Shown here one piece after another: positions 22,089-31,898 of a DNA stretch of 64,000 nucleotides. The stretch is taken from the NCBI GenBank assembly GCA_963789265.1, contig CAWBKB010000001.1, positions 224,001-288,000 on the forward strand. Reading direction: 5' to 3'. The number at the start of each line of letters is the position of its first letter. The first letter of the stretch is position 1. The notes beneath the pieces are model-generated. The model was not told the DNA's origin, searched no databases, and worked only from the letters and a program-made list of their open reading frames with translations. The translations under genes were made by a program, and so were the position numbers. This stretch comes from an uncultured delta proteobacterium. Lineage in GTDB: Bacteria; Desulfobacterota; Desulfomonilia; Desulfomonilales; Desulfomonilaceae.

Positions 22089-22367
22089 GCAGCCCATGAG
22101 ATTTGTTAGTGAGCGCGGCCCAATCTTGACTCTCCTGGAGGGATGTTCTATTTACGAAGAGGGAAGCTTCATCAAGCTCGTTTAGGTACTATTTCTTATT
22201 TATTCAGAGCTGGAGAAAGACAGAACAATCCGCGAGAATGAGAGCGCCATCCAGGACTGTGATCTCGCGGTGAGAGGAGCGTCCCGCGAACGTGGGATCT
22301 TCGCCAATTCTCTCGGATTCTAGGCACCGGTGGTAAGCATTCACTTACGCGAGGCAGCTTTTGTCCC

Positions 22368-22450
22368 TTGTCATTGCGAGGAGTGCAGCGACGAAGCAAT
22401 CTAAGTGGCGTTTAAAGGAATGGATTGCTTCGCTTCGCTCGCAATGACAA
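22368..22450. repeat. GTCATTGCGAG REP-like doublet
   Basis: TTGTCATTGCGAGGAGTGCAGCGACGAAGCAATCT ... GGATTGCTTCGCTTCGCTCGCAATGACAA. Confidence 0.8.
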
Positions 22451-22518
22451 CCTTTCGCCGTTCATAAGTGAATGGTTACCACCGGTGGACAAAGGGGCAT
22501 CATTCTTCTGCAACCGTC

Positions 22519-22860
22519 CTAAATACTTATCCTCTTTGCACGTTTCACTTGAAACATGTAATCGAATATCGTTCGGGTTACGAAGAAGGCCGTAAACAGT
22601 GAGATGACCAGACCTATGCACAGAGTGACAGCGAATCCCTTTATGGGGCCTGTTCCGAACTGTATAAGAGGGAGAGCAGCGATAATATTGCTAAGATGAA
22701 TGTCGACAATTGTTAGTAACGCCTTGCTGTAGCCTTTCTTCAGAGCGACTCTCGCAGACTTTCCCATGCGGAGTTCTTCGCGTGTCCTTTCGAAAATCAG
22801 CACGTTTGCGTCGATGGCCATGCCCGTTGTCAGCGCAACGCCGGCTAAGCCTGAGACCGG
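22519..22860 (-). pseudogene. secD: SecD C-terminal fragment
   Basis: GLAGVALTTGMAIDANVLIFERTREEL and FGTGPIKGFAVTL are SecD signatures; the N-terminal ~400 aa are absent. Confidence 0.85.
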
Positions 22861-23088
22861 CTGGGCCGCTTTCTCGATCAACAGTAACAGTGAAAGGTTT
22901 CCCTTGCTATTACGATTTTCGTGGCCAACGGCATCCGTATTGTATATTTATGTAGGACCTGGGGACCACGGTATATTGATAGTCCCGCACATGTACGTCG
23001 GCTCGCGGGGAAATGGTATGGGCAGCTAGTGTCAGAGGGACTATTTGAATTCTTCATAAAGAAGAAATTAACTGAGGGTTGTAAAAGG

Positions 23089-23778
23089 ATGAAATCGAAC
23101 ACAATGAGCGATAGTGAAGTCAGGAGCGAAAAATCATCTCGCAGACTGTTCCAGGAATACTCGGAAGCGTTTGTGGTTGCCATAATTCTAGCTTTCCTCA
23201 TCCGGGCTTTTTTCTTTCAGGCTTTTGACATCCCATCCGGCTCCATGGAACCAACGTTGCTCATTGGCGACCACATTCTGGTCAGCAAGTTCATCTATGG
23301 GTGGCGAATCCCTTTTACCGCCAAAAGATGGCCGGAGTACGAGATTCCGGTCCCCTTTACCGGAAGCAGACTGGCTGAGTTTCGGAAACCTCGGCGTGGA
23401 GACGTCATCGTATTTGTCTATCCCTTAGATCGATCCAAAGATTTCATCAAACGGGTGATCGCAGTGGGTGGAGACACTTTATCAATTGTAGACAGAAAGA
23501 TTTTTATCAACGGCAAGGCTGCGCAGGATCCTCATGCCTACTTTTCCAGTGATGTAATCTATCCTTCGGACCAGTCACCGCGGGACAATCTGGGACCAAT
23601 AACCGTTCCCAAAGGTGCTTTATTCGTCATGGGGGACAACAGAGACAATAGTTATGACAGCAGATTTTGGGGGTTCGTGCCTCTCCGAAATGTCGTAGGA
23701 GAGGCATTGATTATTTATTACGCCGCTCCTAACATCTTTCATGTCCACTGGGACCGCTTTTTCAAAATCATTCGATAG
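23089..23778 (+). CDS. lepB: Signal peptidase I
   Basis: IPSGSMEPTL, RGDVIVF, DFIKRVI and MGDNRDNSYDSRFWG boxes. Confidence 0.95.
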   Translation: MKSNTMSDSEVRSEKSSRRLFQEYSEAFVVAIILAFLIRAFFFQAFDIPSGSMEPTLLIGDHILVSKFIYGWRIPFTAKRWPEYEIPVPFTGSRLAEFRKPRRGDVIVFVYPLDRSKDFIKRVIAVGGDTLSIVDRKIFINGKAAQDPHAYFSSDVIYPSDQSPRDNLGPITVPKGALFVMGDNRDNSYDSRFWGFVPLRNVVGEALIIYYAAPNIFHVHWDRFFKIIR

Positions 23779-23808
23779 TCTATCTTCTCCGCTTTGGCGG
23801 CACTCGTC

Positions 23809-25365
23809 TCAATGAGACATGGCCGCAGATTTCTTGCCTATCGGCGGTTTGCGAATGATCCACACCGTGGCGATCAAAGCCACCAGAATGCAGGCATCGA
23901 GAAAGAATACGTCATTGAAAGCAAGGATCGTAGCTTGCTGCTGGAGTTGCATGTAGAGAGCCTGCATCGCCAACTTGGTATGGCCGGCAAAAGCCCCCAT
24001 CTTAAGATCCAGGTATGATCTAACATGATCCAGCGGGATCGGTAATCTGTGGCTGAATTGTGTCAAGTGGTCAACGAGTCGGTTCTGGTGGAACTGCGAT
24101 CTCCGTTCGATCATAGTGCTAACAAACGCGATGCCGCTTGACCCGCCGAGATTTCTCAGGAGATTGAAAATTGCCGATGCATTGTTCATTCGTTCGTTGG
24201 GGACATAGGCCATAGCGACAAAAGTAACCGGCACGAAAATTAAAGGCATTCCAACGCCCTGTATCACCCGCCCCATGGCCCCGGTGTAGAAGTCTATCTG
24301 TCCGTCAAATCCCGACATGTAATAGCCCGAATATGCCGTAATCAGCAACCCCATCGCGAGTAAAATACGAGCATCCATTTTTTCCGTCAGCTTTCCGGTA
24401 ACAGGCAGCACTGCTAACAGCAGCACGCCTCCCGGTCCCAAAACCAGTCCTGCCAGGAACGCGGTGTATCCCATTACTGTTTGAAGGAACAGGGGAAGCG
24501 ACACAAGCATGCCGAAAAATGCAAAAAAAGTGAAAAACATGACAACATTTCCCGCGGCAAAGCTTCGATCTTTGAAAATCCTCAAGTCAAGGATGGGTCG
24601 ATCCTGGCTAAGCTCCCAGAAAACCAGAGCTGTGAGGCTAACAACCGATACAATCGTCAGCGTCAGGATAAAGTCCGAGCTAAACCAATCGTCTCGTTGG
24701 CCTTTATCCAACACTACCTGGAGGCTTCCCAGTCCCAGAGTCAGCAGCGTTATGCCTACGTAGTCGACCTTTTCTCCTTCAGCCCTTCGTTCCTGGTAAG
24801 ACGGGTCGAAGACAAATGCGGAAATAAGAGCCAGGGCCACAATACCCACGGGTATATTAATGTAAAATATCCACCGCCAAGAATAATTGTCAGTAAGGTA
24901 TCCGCCGATCAAAGGGCCCAGGACAGGTCCCAGCACCGCGCCCATTCCGAAGATGCCCATGGCCACTCCTCGTTCCTCAGGTGGAAACGTCTCCAAAAGG
25001 ATGGCTTGCGACATGGGCTGGAGCCCTCCGCCACCGATGCCTTGAATTACCCTGAACACTACAATTTCGGCCAGGCTTGTCGCAGAGCCGCAGAGAATGG
25101 AGCTCAATGTAAATACGACAATGGAGCCGAGGAGGTATTTCTTGCGACCCATTATTCTGGCCAGCCATCCACTCATGGGAATGACAACCGCATTCGATAC
25201 CAAATACGAGGTCAAAACCCAGGTGACCTCATCCTGACTGGCCGAAAGACTGCCTTGGATATGCGGCAGTGCGACGTTCGCCACGCTTGTATCAAGAATC
25301 TCAATGAGGGTGGGCAACATCACCGCCAGGGTGACGAGCCATTTGTTTGGGTCGGGACTTCCCAT
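23809..25365 (-). CDS. emrB: DHA2-family MFS multidrug efflux permease
   Basis: LDTSVANVALP, WVLTSY, GPVLGPLIGG, WRWIFYINIP. Confidence 0.9.
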   Translation of the reverse strand: MGSPDPNKWLVTLAVMLPTLIEILDTSVANVALPHIQGSLSASQDEVTWVLTSYLVSNAVVIPMSGWLARIMGRKKYLLGSIVVFTLSSILCGSATSLAEIVVFRVIQGIGGGGLQPMSQAILLETFPPEERGVAMGIFGMGAVLGPVLGPLIGGYLTDNYSWRWIFYINIPVGIVALALISAFVFDPSYQERRAEGEKVDYVGITLLTLGLGSLQVVLDKGQRDDWFSSDFILTLTIVSVVSLTALVFWELSQDRPILDLRIFKDRSFAAGNVVMFFTFFAFFGMLVSLPLFLQTVMGYTAFLAGLVLGPGGVLLLAVLPVTGKLTEKMDARILLAMGLLITAYSGYYMSGFDGQIDFYTGAMGRVIQGVGMPLIFVPVTFVAMAYVPNERMNNASAIFNLLRNLGGSSGIAFVSTMIERRSQFHQNRLVDHLTQFSHRLPIPLDHVRSYLDLKMGAFAGHTKLAMQALYMQLQQQATILAFNDVFFLDACILVALIATVWIIRKPPIGKKSAAMSH

Positions 25366-26617
25366 GACGGCCTTCTCTGGTGTATATCGTCGGCTCGACG
25401 CTCATCCCATTTCTTAATATCGGCAAATCGTCCGAATCGCTTTTATCAATAGTGATTCTCACTGGGACACGTTGGACCACCTTAACAAAATTTCCGGTGG
25501 CATTTTCCGGTGGAAACAAAGAGAAGACTGCTCCTGTTCCAGCCATTATGGACTTAACCTTGCCTTTGATGATGACGCCGGGGTATGTGTCGATCTCGAT
25601 GTCCACGGGCTGTCCCGAGCGGACATTCGTGAGCGCGGTTTCCTTATAGTTTGCCGTAATCCAGACGTTATCCGGGTCCAGCGGCACGACGGCAAAGAGA
25701 TTTTGACCGGGTGAGACAAATTGACCGGGTTGGATTTGCTTCTTGGTTATGTATCCGTCGGTGGGGGCAACGATGGTCGCATAGCTCAGATTTAGCTGAG
25801 CTTGTTTTACCTGGGCCTTTGCCAACTCAACTGCTGCCTTCTGGGCCTCGGTTTGACGGGCTTTGATCTCTGCCTGCTCTTTTCCTGTGGCCGCATAAGC
25901 AATGCTCGCTTTGCGCTGCTCGATTTCGGCCTCCTGGGATGCGAGTTGTTTCTTAGCCGCTTCCAGTTGGGCCTTAGCTCCTTCGAGCTGGGCAAGGGCA
26001 GATCGATAGCTGGTCACTGAATTGTCAAGAGCCTGCTGGGATATCGCCCCATCTTTTCTAAGAGCTTTGTTGCGCTCCAGGTCCAGTTTTTGCAAATTAT
26101 ATTGCGCTTGTTGCTGCTCCACATTTCGAGTGGCGGCATCCACATTCCGGTGCAATTGCTCCAGAGTCTGCTCCAAACTGTGTAATTCCGCCTTAGCCTC
26201 CCTGACCTGCTGGGCGGTTTGGGTAAGCTGAAGGGGTACGCTCAACTGCAACGAGACCATGGTAAAGCGATTTTGTGCCAAGGTAGCCTTGGCCTGTGCC
26301 AAAGCGACCTCGTACGGAACAGGATCGAGGGCCACCAAAGGTTGCCCTGTCTTCACCTCGTCGTTGTTATGTACGTAGATTTTAGTGATATAACCCGAAA
26401 CCCGAGGTGTGATTGTGAAAATACGGCCATCTACGTAAGCATCGTCGGTCGAGACCTCGCCTCGCGTCCACAAATAGTAGCCAAGGCCTCCTGCGACGAG
26501 CAGGCATACAACAATGATCGCAGCGACCCATTTGTGTCTTTTCACATATTGAACCATACGGAAATGCGCCTCCTTTTCGGAGATTCGTAAATTCTTCTCG
26601 AGGGGTATCGACATCAC
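25301..26617 (-). CDS. emrA: HlyD/EmrA membrane fusion protein
   Basis: STDDAYVDG, PRVSGYI, coiled coil, ANYKET, PPENATGNFVKVVQRVPVRI. Confidence 0.9.
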   Translation of the reverse strand: MMSIPLEKNLRISEKEAHFRMVQYVKRHKWVAAIIVVCLLVAGGLGYYLWTRGEVSTDDAYVDGRIFTITPRVSGYITKIYVHNNDEVKTGQPLVALDPVPYEVALAQAKATLAQNRFTMVSLQLSVPLQLTQTAQQVREAKAELHSLEQTLEQLHRNVDAATRNVEQQQAQYNLQKLDLERNKALRKDGAISQQALDNSVTSYRSALAQLEGAKAQLEAAKKQLASQEAEIEQRKASIAYAATGKEQAEIKARQTEAQKAAVELAKAQVKQAQLNLSYATIVAPTDGYITKKQIQPGQFVSPGQNLFAVVPLDPDNVWITANYKETALTNVRSGQPVDIEIDTYPGVIIKGKVKSIMAGTGAVFSLFPPENATGNFVKVVQRVPVRITIDKSDSDDLPILRNGMSVEPTIYTREGRHGKSRPKQMARHPGGDVAHPH

Positions 26618-26792
26618 CGCTCTGCACCGCAGTTTTTTCCGTCCGCGAGTGAAGCCGAGAACCTTCCCGGGATGACTGATTATCCAAATCGGCGTGAGGG
26701 CTCTGACGGCGTAACAATTTGTCGGAGGGTTCCGGTCCCTGAAATCTGGACCGAATCACTGTCAACTTTCAGCGTGTCATTGCCGAATTCGT

Positions 26793-27287
26793 TCACCCCT
26801 CGGTCTTCTGAATTGTGGAATTACACCAATCTTTCATATCACTACCCAAATTGTTCAGTATCCGTTCCAAGATATGCATTAGAGAATTCAAATCTTCTTG
26901 TGTCATTCCGGCAAATGCCTTTTGCAGAAAGCCCATCGCGATACGAACCAATTCCGGCTTCAGAGATCTCCCTGCTTCCGTGAGATAAACCTTATGGCGT
27001 CGGAGGTCCTCGCGATCAGGTTGCCGCCGCACTAAGCCACCCTTCTCCAACAGGTTCAAAATCCTCGCTATATTGTGCCTGTCCTTTGCCGTTTTTTCAG
27101 CCAATAAGCTCTGGTGCACACCTTCAGCCTCCCACAATGAACCAAGGACCGTCCATTGTTCGGGGGTTATCTCGTATCCCTCGGATTGGAATGCCCTATG
27201 GAGGCCGGCTTTCAAGCACGTGGAAGTTTGGCAGATTACGAATCCGGGAGACTCTGTCCTCGGAAAAATTTTGAGTCTCGGTTTCAT
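26793..27287 (-). CDS. MarR-family regulator
   Basis: ITPEQW.VL..L, LEKGGLVRR..DREDLRR..VYLTEAG. Confidence 0.9.
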   Translation of the reverse strand: MKPRLKIFPRTESPGFVICQTSTCLKAGLHRAFQSEGYEITPEQWTVLGSLWEAEGVHQSLLAEKTAKDRHNIARILNLLEKGGLVRRQPDREDLRRHKVYLTEAGRSLKPELVRIAMGFLQKAFAGMTQEDLNSLMHILERILNNLGSDMKDWCNSTIQKTEG

Positions 27288-27339
27288 TCGCTATTCTCCA
27301 CGCCAATTATCTTCATTGACCAATCCTATCACTGATTAA

Positions 27340-27380
27340 TGTTGCTATGACAACAATGTTCATCGTTTTTGGTTTGTCAA
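27340..27380 (-). promoter_or_regulatory. Putative marR promoter with overlapping palindromic operator
   Basis: TTGACA (-35) at 27380-27375; palindrome TGTTG-N6-CAACA at 27340-27355 over the -10 region. Confidence 0.55.
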
Positions 27381-27443
27381 GATTCAATCCGATCGGCCCG
27401 CGTCAAGGCGCAAATAAGCTCTTGAAATATGGGATAGATCTCT

Positions 27444-27716
27444 TATGCCAATGCTCCATCAAAGAGGTGACAATCCTGGACAGAATATGGTAGTGCATCT
27501 CGCGCAAAACGCGGGCCTGCCTGTCCCGCGTTTTGCGGGGTCATCCCGGACTCCGACCCGAGCATGGTAGGGGCGAATGGCATTCGCCCCGGCGGTCCCG
27601 CGTCCCGCGGGATCGCCCCTACATTGCCCCGAGTACGCGGACACGACGACATGTAGGGCCGGGTTTCAAACCCGCCCCTACCGGAAACAAGGTGTCACTT
27701 GCTTGAAAGCGAAGCC
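27444..27716 (+). mobile_element. MITE family A, copy 3, with GTAG-type REP cargo
   Basis: Ends ATGCCAATGCTCCATCAAAGAGGTGACA and TGTCACTTGCTTGAAAGCGAA; internal GTAGGGGCGAATGGCATTCGCCC is identical to copy 1. Confidence 0.75.
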
Positions 27717-27996
27717 TTGAGATCTGACAGAATCCCCACCAGCGTGATAGGTCGCTGCCGATATGCATGGGCTTATTTGAGAATCTACTGTTCCAGAATT
27801 GTGAGCTTACATCTTATTGCATTTAGACTGGCAATCGGCAGAATTTGTCGCGAATTGACAACAACAATCGAAGTGCTCATCGTATTGGCAGTAAAATAAC
27901 GTACAGCCCAGTTGGCTATTAAGGGTTGCCTCCTGCAGAGGAGAGAATTAACGGTCAACCATTGACAGATAATGACTCGAACACCAGGAGCGAAAA

Positions 27997-28692
27997 ATGA
28001 GGACCATACTTTACGTAACGGTATTGGGGTGTTTGCTTTCAGGTTTGCTCGCGTTTGCCGTAGTACCTGCTGCAGCCCAGGTAAACTCCGACTTGATGAT
28101 GATGCAAAAGGCAGGACCAATGACCCAGCATCAGGGCCCGGTGGCCACTCCGGGGCAGAAAGGCCTTGCCGGCGTGTCCAAAGCCGGTACCTCACAGCAA
28201 GTGAACAGTCCCGGCTCTATGAAATCCATGATGAACGGCCAGAGCGCAGGTAAGCCTAACCAGCAACCCAAGGCCCAGGGCGCACAGCCGGCTAACGTCT
28301 CTGCCCAGGCCAAAGGCGGTGAAGCTACAGTTGCTCGAGTGGACCGATCCGGTAAGTGTCTCCATGTCTACAGTAGTCCTTCTGTTACGTCCAAAGAAAT
28401 TGCTTGCGTGCCGAAGGGAGAAAAAGTGCACCTGACCGGTGTGTTCAGCAAAAATAGGCGGTGGGCCCAACTGGACAACAATGGCTGGGTGCGCTTCAAA
28501 CAGCTCAAGACCAGTGTGAGGCCGCCTCGAATGTCGGCTAACAAGGGATCGTGGGCGCGTTCCGCCGCGGCGGGTAAGGGCAGGCCCAGGGCACCGCATC
28601 ATTACCGCCGGGCCCACCACTGCTGCTATCCGGGTAATTACTCGGGCTACTATCCCGGTTATTACGGATACTATTGGAGACCCTGGTACTGA
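27997..28692 (+). CDS. Secreted protein with low-complexity linker, SH3b-like domain and Tyr/Gly-rich tail
   Basis: Signal peptide (AAA-Q), CLHVYSSPS...KGEKV.L...WAQL..NGWV SH3-like pattern, YYPGYYGYYWRPWY end. Confidence 0.7.
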   Translation: MRTILYVTVLGCLLSGLLAFAVVPAAAQVNSDLMMMQKAGPMTQHQGPVATPGQKGLAGVSKAGTSQQVNSPGSMKSMMNGQSAGKPNQQPKAQGAQPANVSAQAKGGEATVARVDRSGKCLHVYSSPSVTSKEIACVPKGEKVHLTGVFSKNRRWAQLDNNGWVRFKQLKTSVRPPRMSANKGSWARSAAAGKGRPRAPHHYRRAHHCCYPGNYSGYYPGYYGYYWRPWY

Positions 28693-28713
28693 CAATGCCT
28701 AGACGGCCTTTTT

Positions 28714-28744
28714 GGTACCCGGGCCACGGCCCGGGTATCTTTTT
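28714..28744 (+). terminator. Rho-independent terminator
   Basis: GGTACCCGGGCC-AC-GGCCCGGGTATC followed by TTTTT. Confidence 0.8.
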
Positions 28745-29209
28745 GTGTGGTGGGAACTAAGTGGGCCTCCCGACAGGAAACCGCCAACAAGTTTCAACGT
28801 CTATGAAAGTGACTCGATACCGGCAGTTCAGTGTGCCCGTTAGATCCAAATGGGCAAGGGGAGGTTATAGCATTTGAAGATTGTATTGGGATAGTGCGGA
28901 CATTAGTTTTGATTTCGGTTGCGGATGAGCGATTGAGCATCCGACAAAGGCGATCAGACAACTTGCGGGCAGGTTCTGCGATAAAGTCGCCAGTATTACA
29001 ATTAAATTCAGCCTCAAATCTGCTTTTGCTGGAAACTCTTTCGTGGCCTCGGCCAGCCTGAAAGTCACTACGGTATTTTTTCCAAGATAAGCATCAATCG
29101 CATTTTTTTGAAGTGCATCGTTCACCTCTAAGGCCGGAAGTGCTACCGTGATCGCACCCATCTCTCCGACGACCCTTCATGTTACACCTGTCGACCTAAC
29201 CCTCGATCT

Positions 29210-30683
29210 CTACAAGTTTTCGGTTTCCAAACGCTGTCCATCCGTAGCATATCGGCCTTCAAACACCCCCAAAACGCCTTTCTTCAACAGAATCTTATGC
29301 TTGCGTATTTTATTGTATAGTGTGGCGCGAGATATGTTCAGATATCTGGCGGAATCGGTGATGTTACAATTATTGCTCCTGAGGGCGTTGAGAATGCAGC
29401 TCCGTTCCTGGATTTCCAGGCCCGTTCCTGTTCGTGCTGTTCGCCTCTCAGGGAAGTCATTCTCTTCCGAAGCCGGGGTCCACCTTATTTTGGGGTTGCC
29501 CAAAAGGACTTGCCTCACGTCATTAATTGTGACCTCGTTTTGTGAAGCATTGAGGCTGATCCGGTTGGTAACATTGCGAAGTTCACGCACGTTTCCCGGC
29601 CAATCGGTACTGCATGAGGAGCTCGATTATGTCTGAGGGAAAAGACAGATCTATGCCCTCTCTTCTCATTAAATGCTCTATCAGAAGTGGGATATCTTCC
29701 TTATGAAATCTCAACGGAGGGACCCTTATTTCTATGACACTCAGCCTGTAATACAGGTCTGGTCGGAATTTTCCTTGCCTGCAAAGTTCATCGAGGTCAC
29801 GGTTCGTAGAGGCAATCATGCGGGCATTTATTGGTAAAAGCTTCGTGCCTCCTATCCTTTCGTACTCTTTCTCTTCAAGAACGCGCAACAGTTTGCTCTG
29901 CAATCGCATGTCCATGTCGCCGATTTCATCAAGAAGGATTGATCCTCCGGCAGCCAACTCGAATTTGCCCTTTTTCTTGGAAACCGCTCCGGTAAAGGCG
30001 CCTTTCTCATAACCGAACAGCTCTGATTCCAGTAGCTCGTTGGGAATGGCCGTGCAATTGATTTTGACAAACGGCCGAAACGACTTGTTCAGGCTCTCAG
30101 AATGGAAAGCGCTTGCCAGAATCTCCTTACCTGTGCCTGTTTCACCGATTATTAGTATTGGGTAAAATGTGCGTGCCGCCCGCTTGCACTGATCCAGCAT
30201 CTCCGTGACAATCTTGCTCTCTCCCACATAATCTTCAAAAGTGTAGCTTGAGTCGACCCTGGCTATTGCACTGTAGGCGTCCTTCATAAAGCGATGTTCG
30301 GCATCATCCAAACTGGATAGTATTCTCTTCAGAGTAGTCAAATTCTTGAAAAGAACCATGCCCAGCACCCCTATGACTTCTCCCTTAGAATTTATGGGGA
30401 TAAGATTGGTCATACATTTTCTGCCCTTTATGATCACCATGATCCCCATCATGGCTTTTCCCGTTTGCAGCACATGATCGAAGGGAGATAAGGGATCGAA
30501 ATTCCTGATAGGCTGACCAATGACGGCTTCCGGAACCTTGAACGTCTGTACTGATCCAGAGCTGCAGTGGATAAGGCGGCCGTTCCGGTCAACAAGAACC
30601 GCGGCATCAAACGCCGTATCCATGAATTTATCCAGTACCCCGCCGCGGGTGTGTATCTCCTCCAGTGTAAAGTCAAAATACAT
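29210..30683 (-). CDS. PAS-domain sigma54-dependent activator with Fis HTH; frameshift near 29605
   Basis: GETGTGKE, ESELFGYEKGAFTGA, LDEIGDM, FRPDLYYRL, WPGNVREL split by one extra C, LNISRATLYNKI. Confidence 0.9.
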
Positions 30684-30876
30684 ATCGCCTCCGCGTCTAC
30701 CATGTACCGACAGAAGTGTTTTATGGTCCGTACGATATCCTACAACTACTGTCAATCGATATTTTCCATTTTGAGTCAAGTGTATAGACAAGTGTCTTTC
30801 TCCTTAACAGCCGGAATAACAAGATCCACGCTCGGGATGATCTGAATCCAGTGTCTAATGAGACATTCGGCGAGGT

Positions 30877-30892
30877 TGGCATACCGCTTGCT
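30877..30892 (+). promoter_or_regulatory. Sigma54 (-24/-12) promoter
   Basis: TGGCAT-ACCGC-TTGCT matches TGGCAC-N5-TTGCW, 45 nt before the PhlG-like gene and divergent from a sigma54 activator. Confidence 0.85.
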
Positions 30893-30937
30893 GTTCTTTC
30901 ACACTTATCATTCGAATCCGCTGTCAGGAGGGAGAAT

Positions 30938-31750
30938 ATGAAGCAAGATTTGACGGCGCGCGAAAAGGAAAGGCCCTATTCCAAGTATTTCAATCGGCCA
31001 TTGGCCCCTGTCCCGAAGGAAATTCTTGATTTCTTGCAACAAGGGCCTATCGATCCGACTTTGGCGACACCGATAGACCAGAGAAACGATCTGCTGAAAC
31101 CCGGTTATCTTCCAGCCGAGATGGGCTACTGCATCATGCCGGACGGTTCCGGCTATGTATCCATGCTGACCAGAATGCCGGGTGTCACATCCGAAATGAT
31201 CGACTGGTGGTTTGCCTGGCACGGTTTGGAGGGGCTTCGCTACAAAATATGGGATCCGGACGATCATTTTGATAGCCATGTAGCCCCGCATGATCTGACT
31301 CGCCGTCTGGATGCCAGTCTGACCGTCCAGCAGAGAAACTGGAACACAACTGACATTGTCCTCGAGGACATAGGAACCGGCAGCGTCGAATTGGCCATTT
31401 CTTTCATGTCGCCTGAAGATTTTGGTTATGACATGGACAGATTCAGGGCGCCGAATGTGCTGACTGCAGTCAACGCCAACGGTTCATTGGTGGGTCCTGG
31501 AATCGCCATGGGGACCTTTACCCATTTCGCACGTGAAATCCCAGGTGGGATCGAATTGAGAAGTCGTTTCTATATGGGGTGGCACATTATCGACAAAGGA
31601 CCGGTGAAGGTAGCGGAGCAGATACCGCTGGAGCTGACAAAGGGACTGGCCTACCATTGCTCGAAGGAGTACAGCAATTTGGCTGCCATCCTGCCGATGG
31701 TATACGCAGAGAATATAGGTAGGATCGACAGAATGGACGATTTCAACTAG
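30938..31750 (+). CDS. PhlG/phloretin-hydrolase family C-C hydrolase
   Basis: E.GYC..PDGSGYV....MPGVT.EM.DWWFAWH...RYKIW.P.DH, LEDIG, ELRSRF and HC.KEY.NLA, giving the Zn-ligand pattern H/E/H/E. Confidence 0.8.
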   Translation: MKQDLTAREKERPYSKYFNRPLAPVPKEILDFLQQGPIDPTLATPIDQRNDLLKPGYLPAEMGYCIMPDGSGYVSMLTRMPGVTSEMIDWWFAWHGLEGLRYKIWDPDDHFDSHVAPHDLTRRLDASLTVQQRNWNTTDIVLEDIGTGSVELAISFMSPEDFGYDMDRFRAPNVLTAVNANGSLVGPGIAMGTFTHFAREIPGGIELRSRFYMGWHIIDKGPVKVAEQIPLELTKGLAYHCSKEYSNLAAILPMVYAENIGRIDRMDDFN

Positions 31751-31898
31751 CGAAGCCGAACCGTCCGTGGAGGGTGAAGCATTCGGGGTCGTGCTCAATC
31801 AAACGCCGGGGACCTGTGGGCACTTGAAGTCGGCTCTCTGCCTGAGACCCCGACTCCCAGTATCAGTTTGATCGAAAACCGAACAGCGAGAGGTTTCA

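Noticed and set aside
24481..25452. Long antisense ORFs (for example 24481-25452, 8913-9725, 55399-56328, 3300-4001)
   Set aside because: They are shadows of well-supported genes on the opposite strand and have no motifs of their own.
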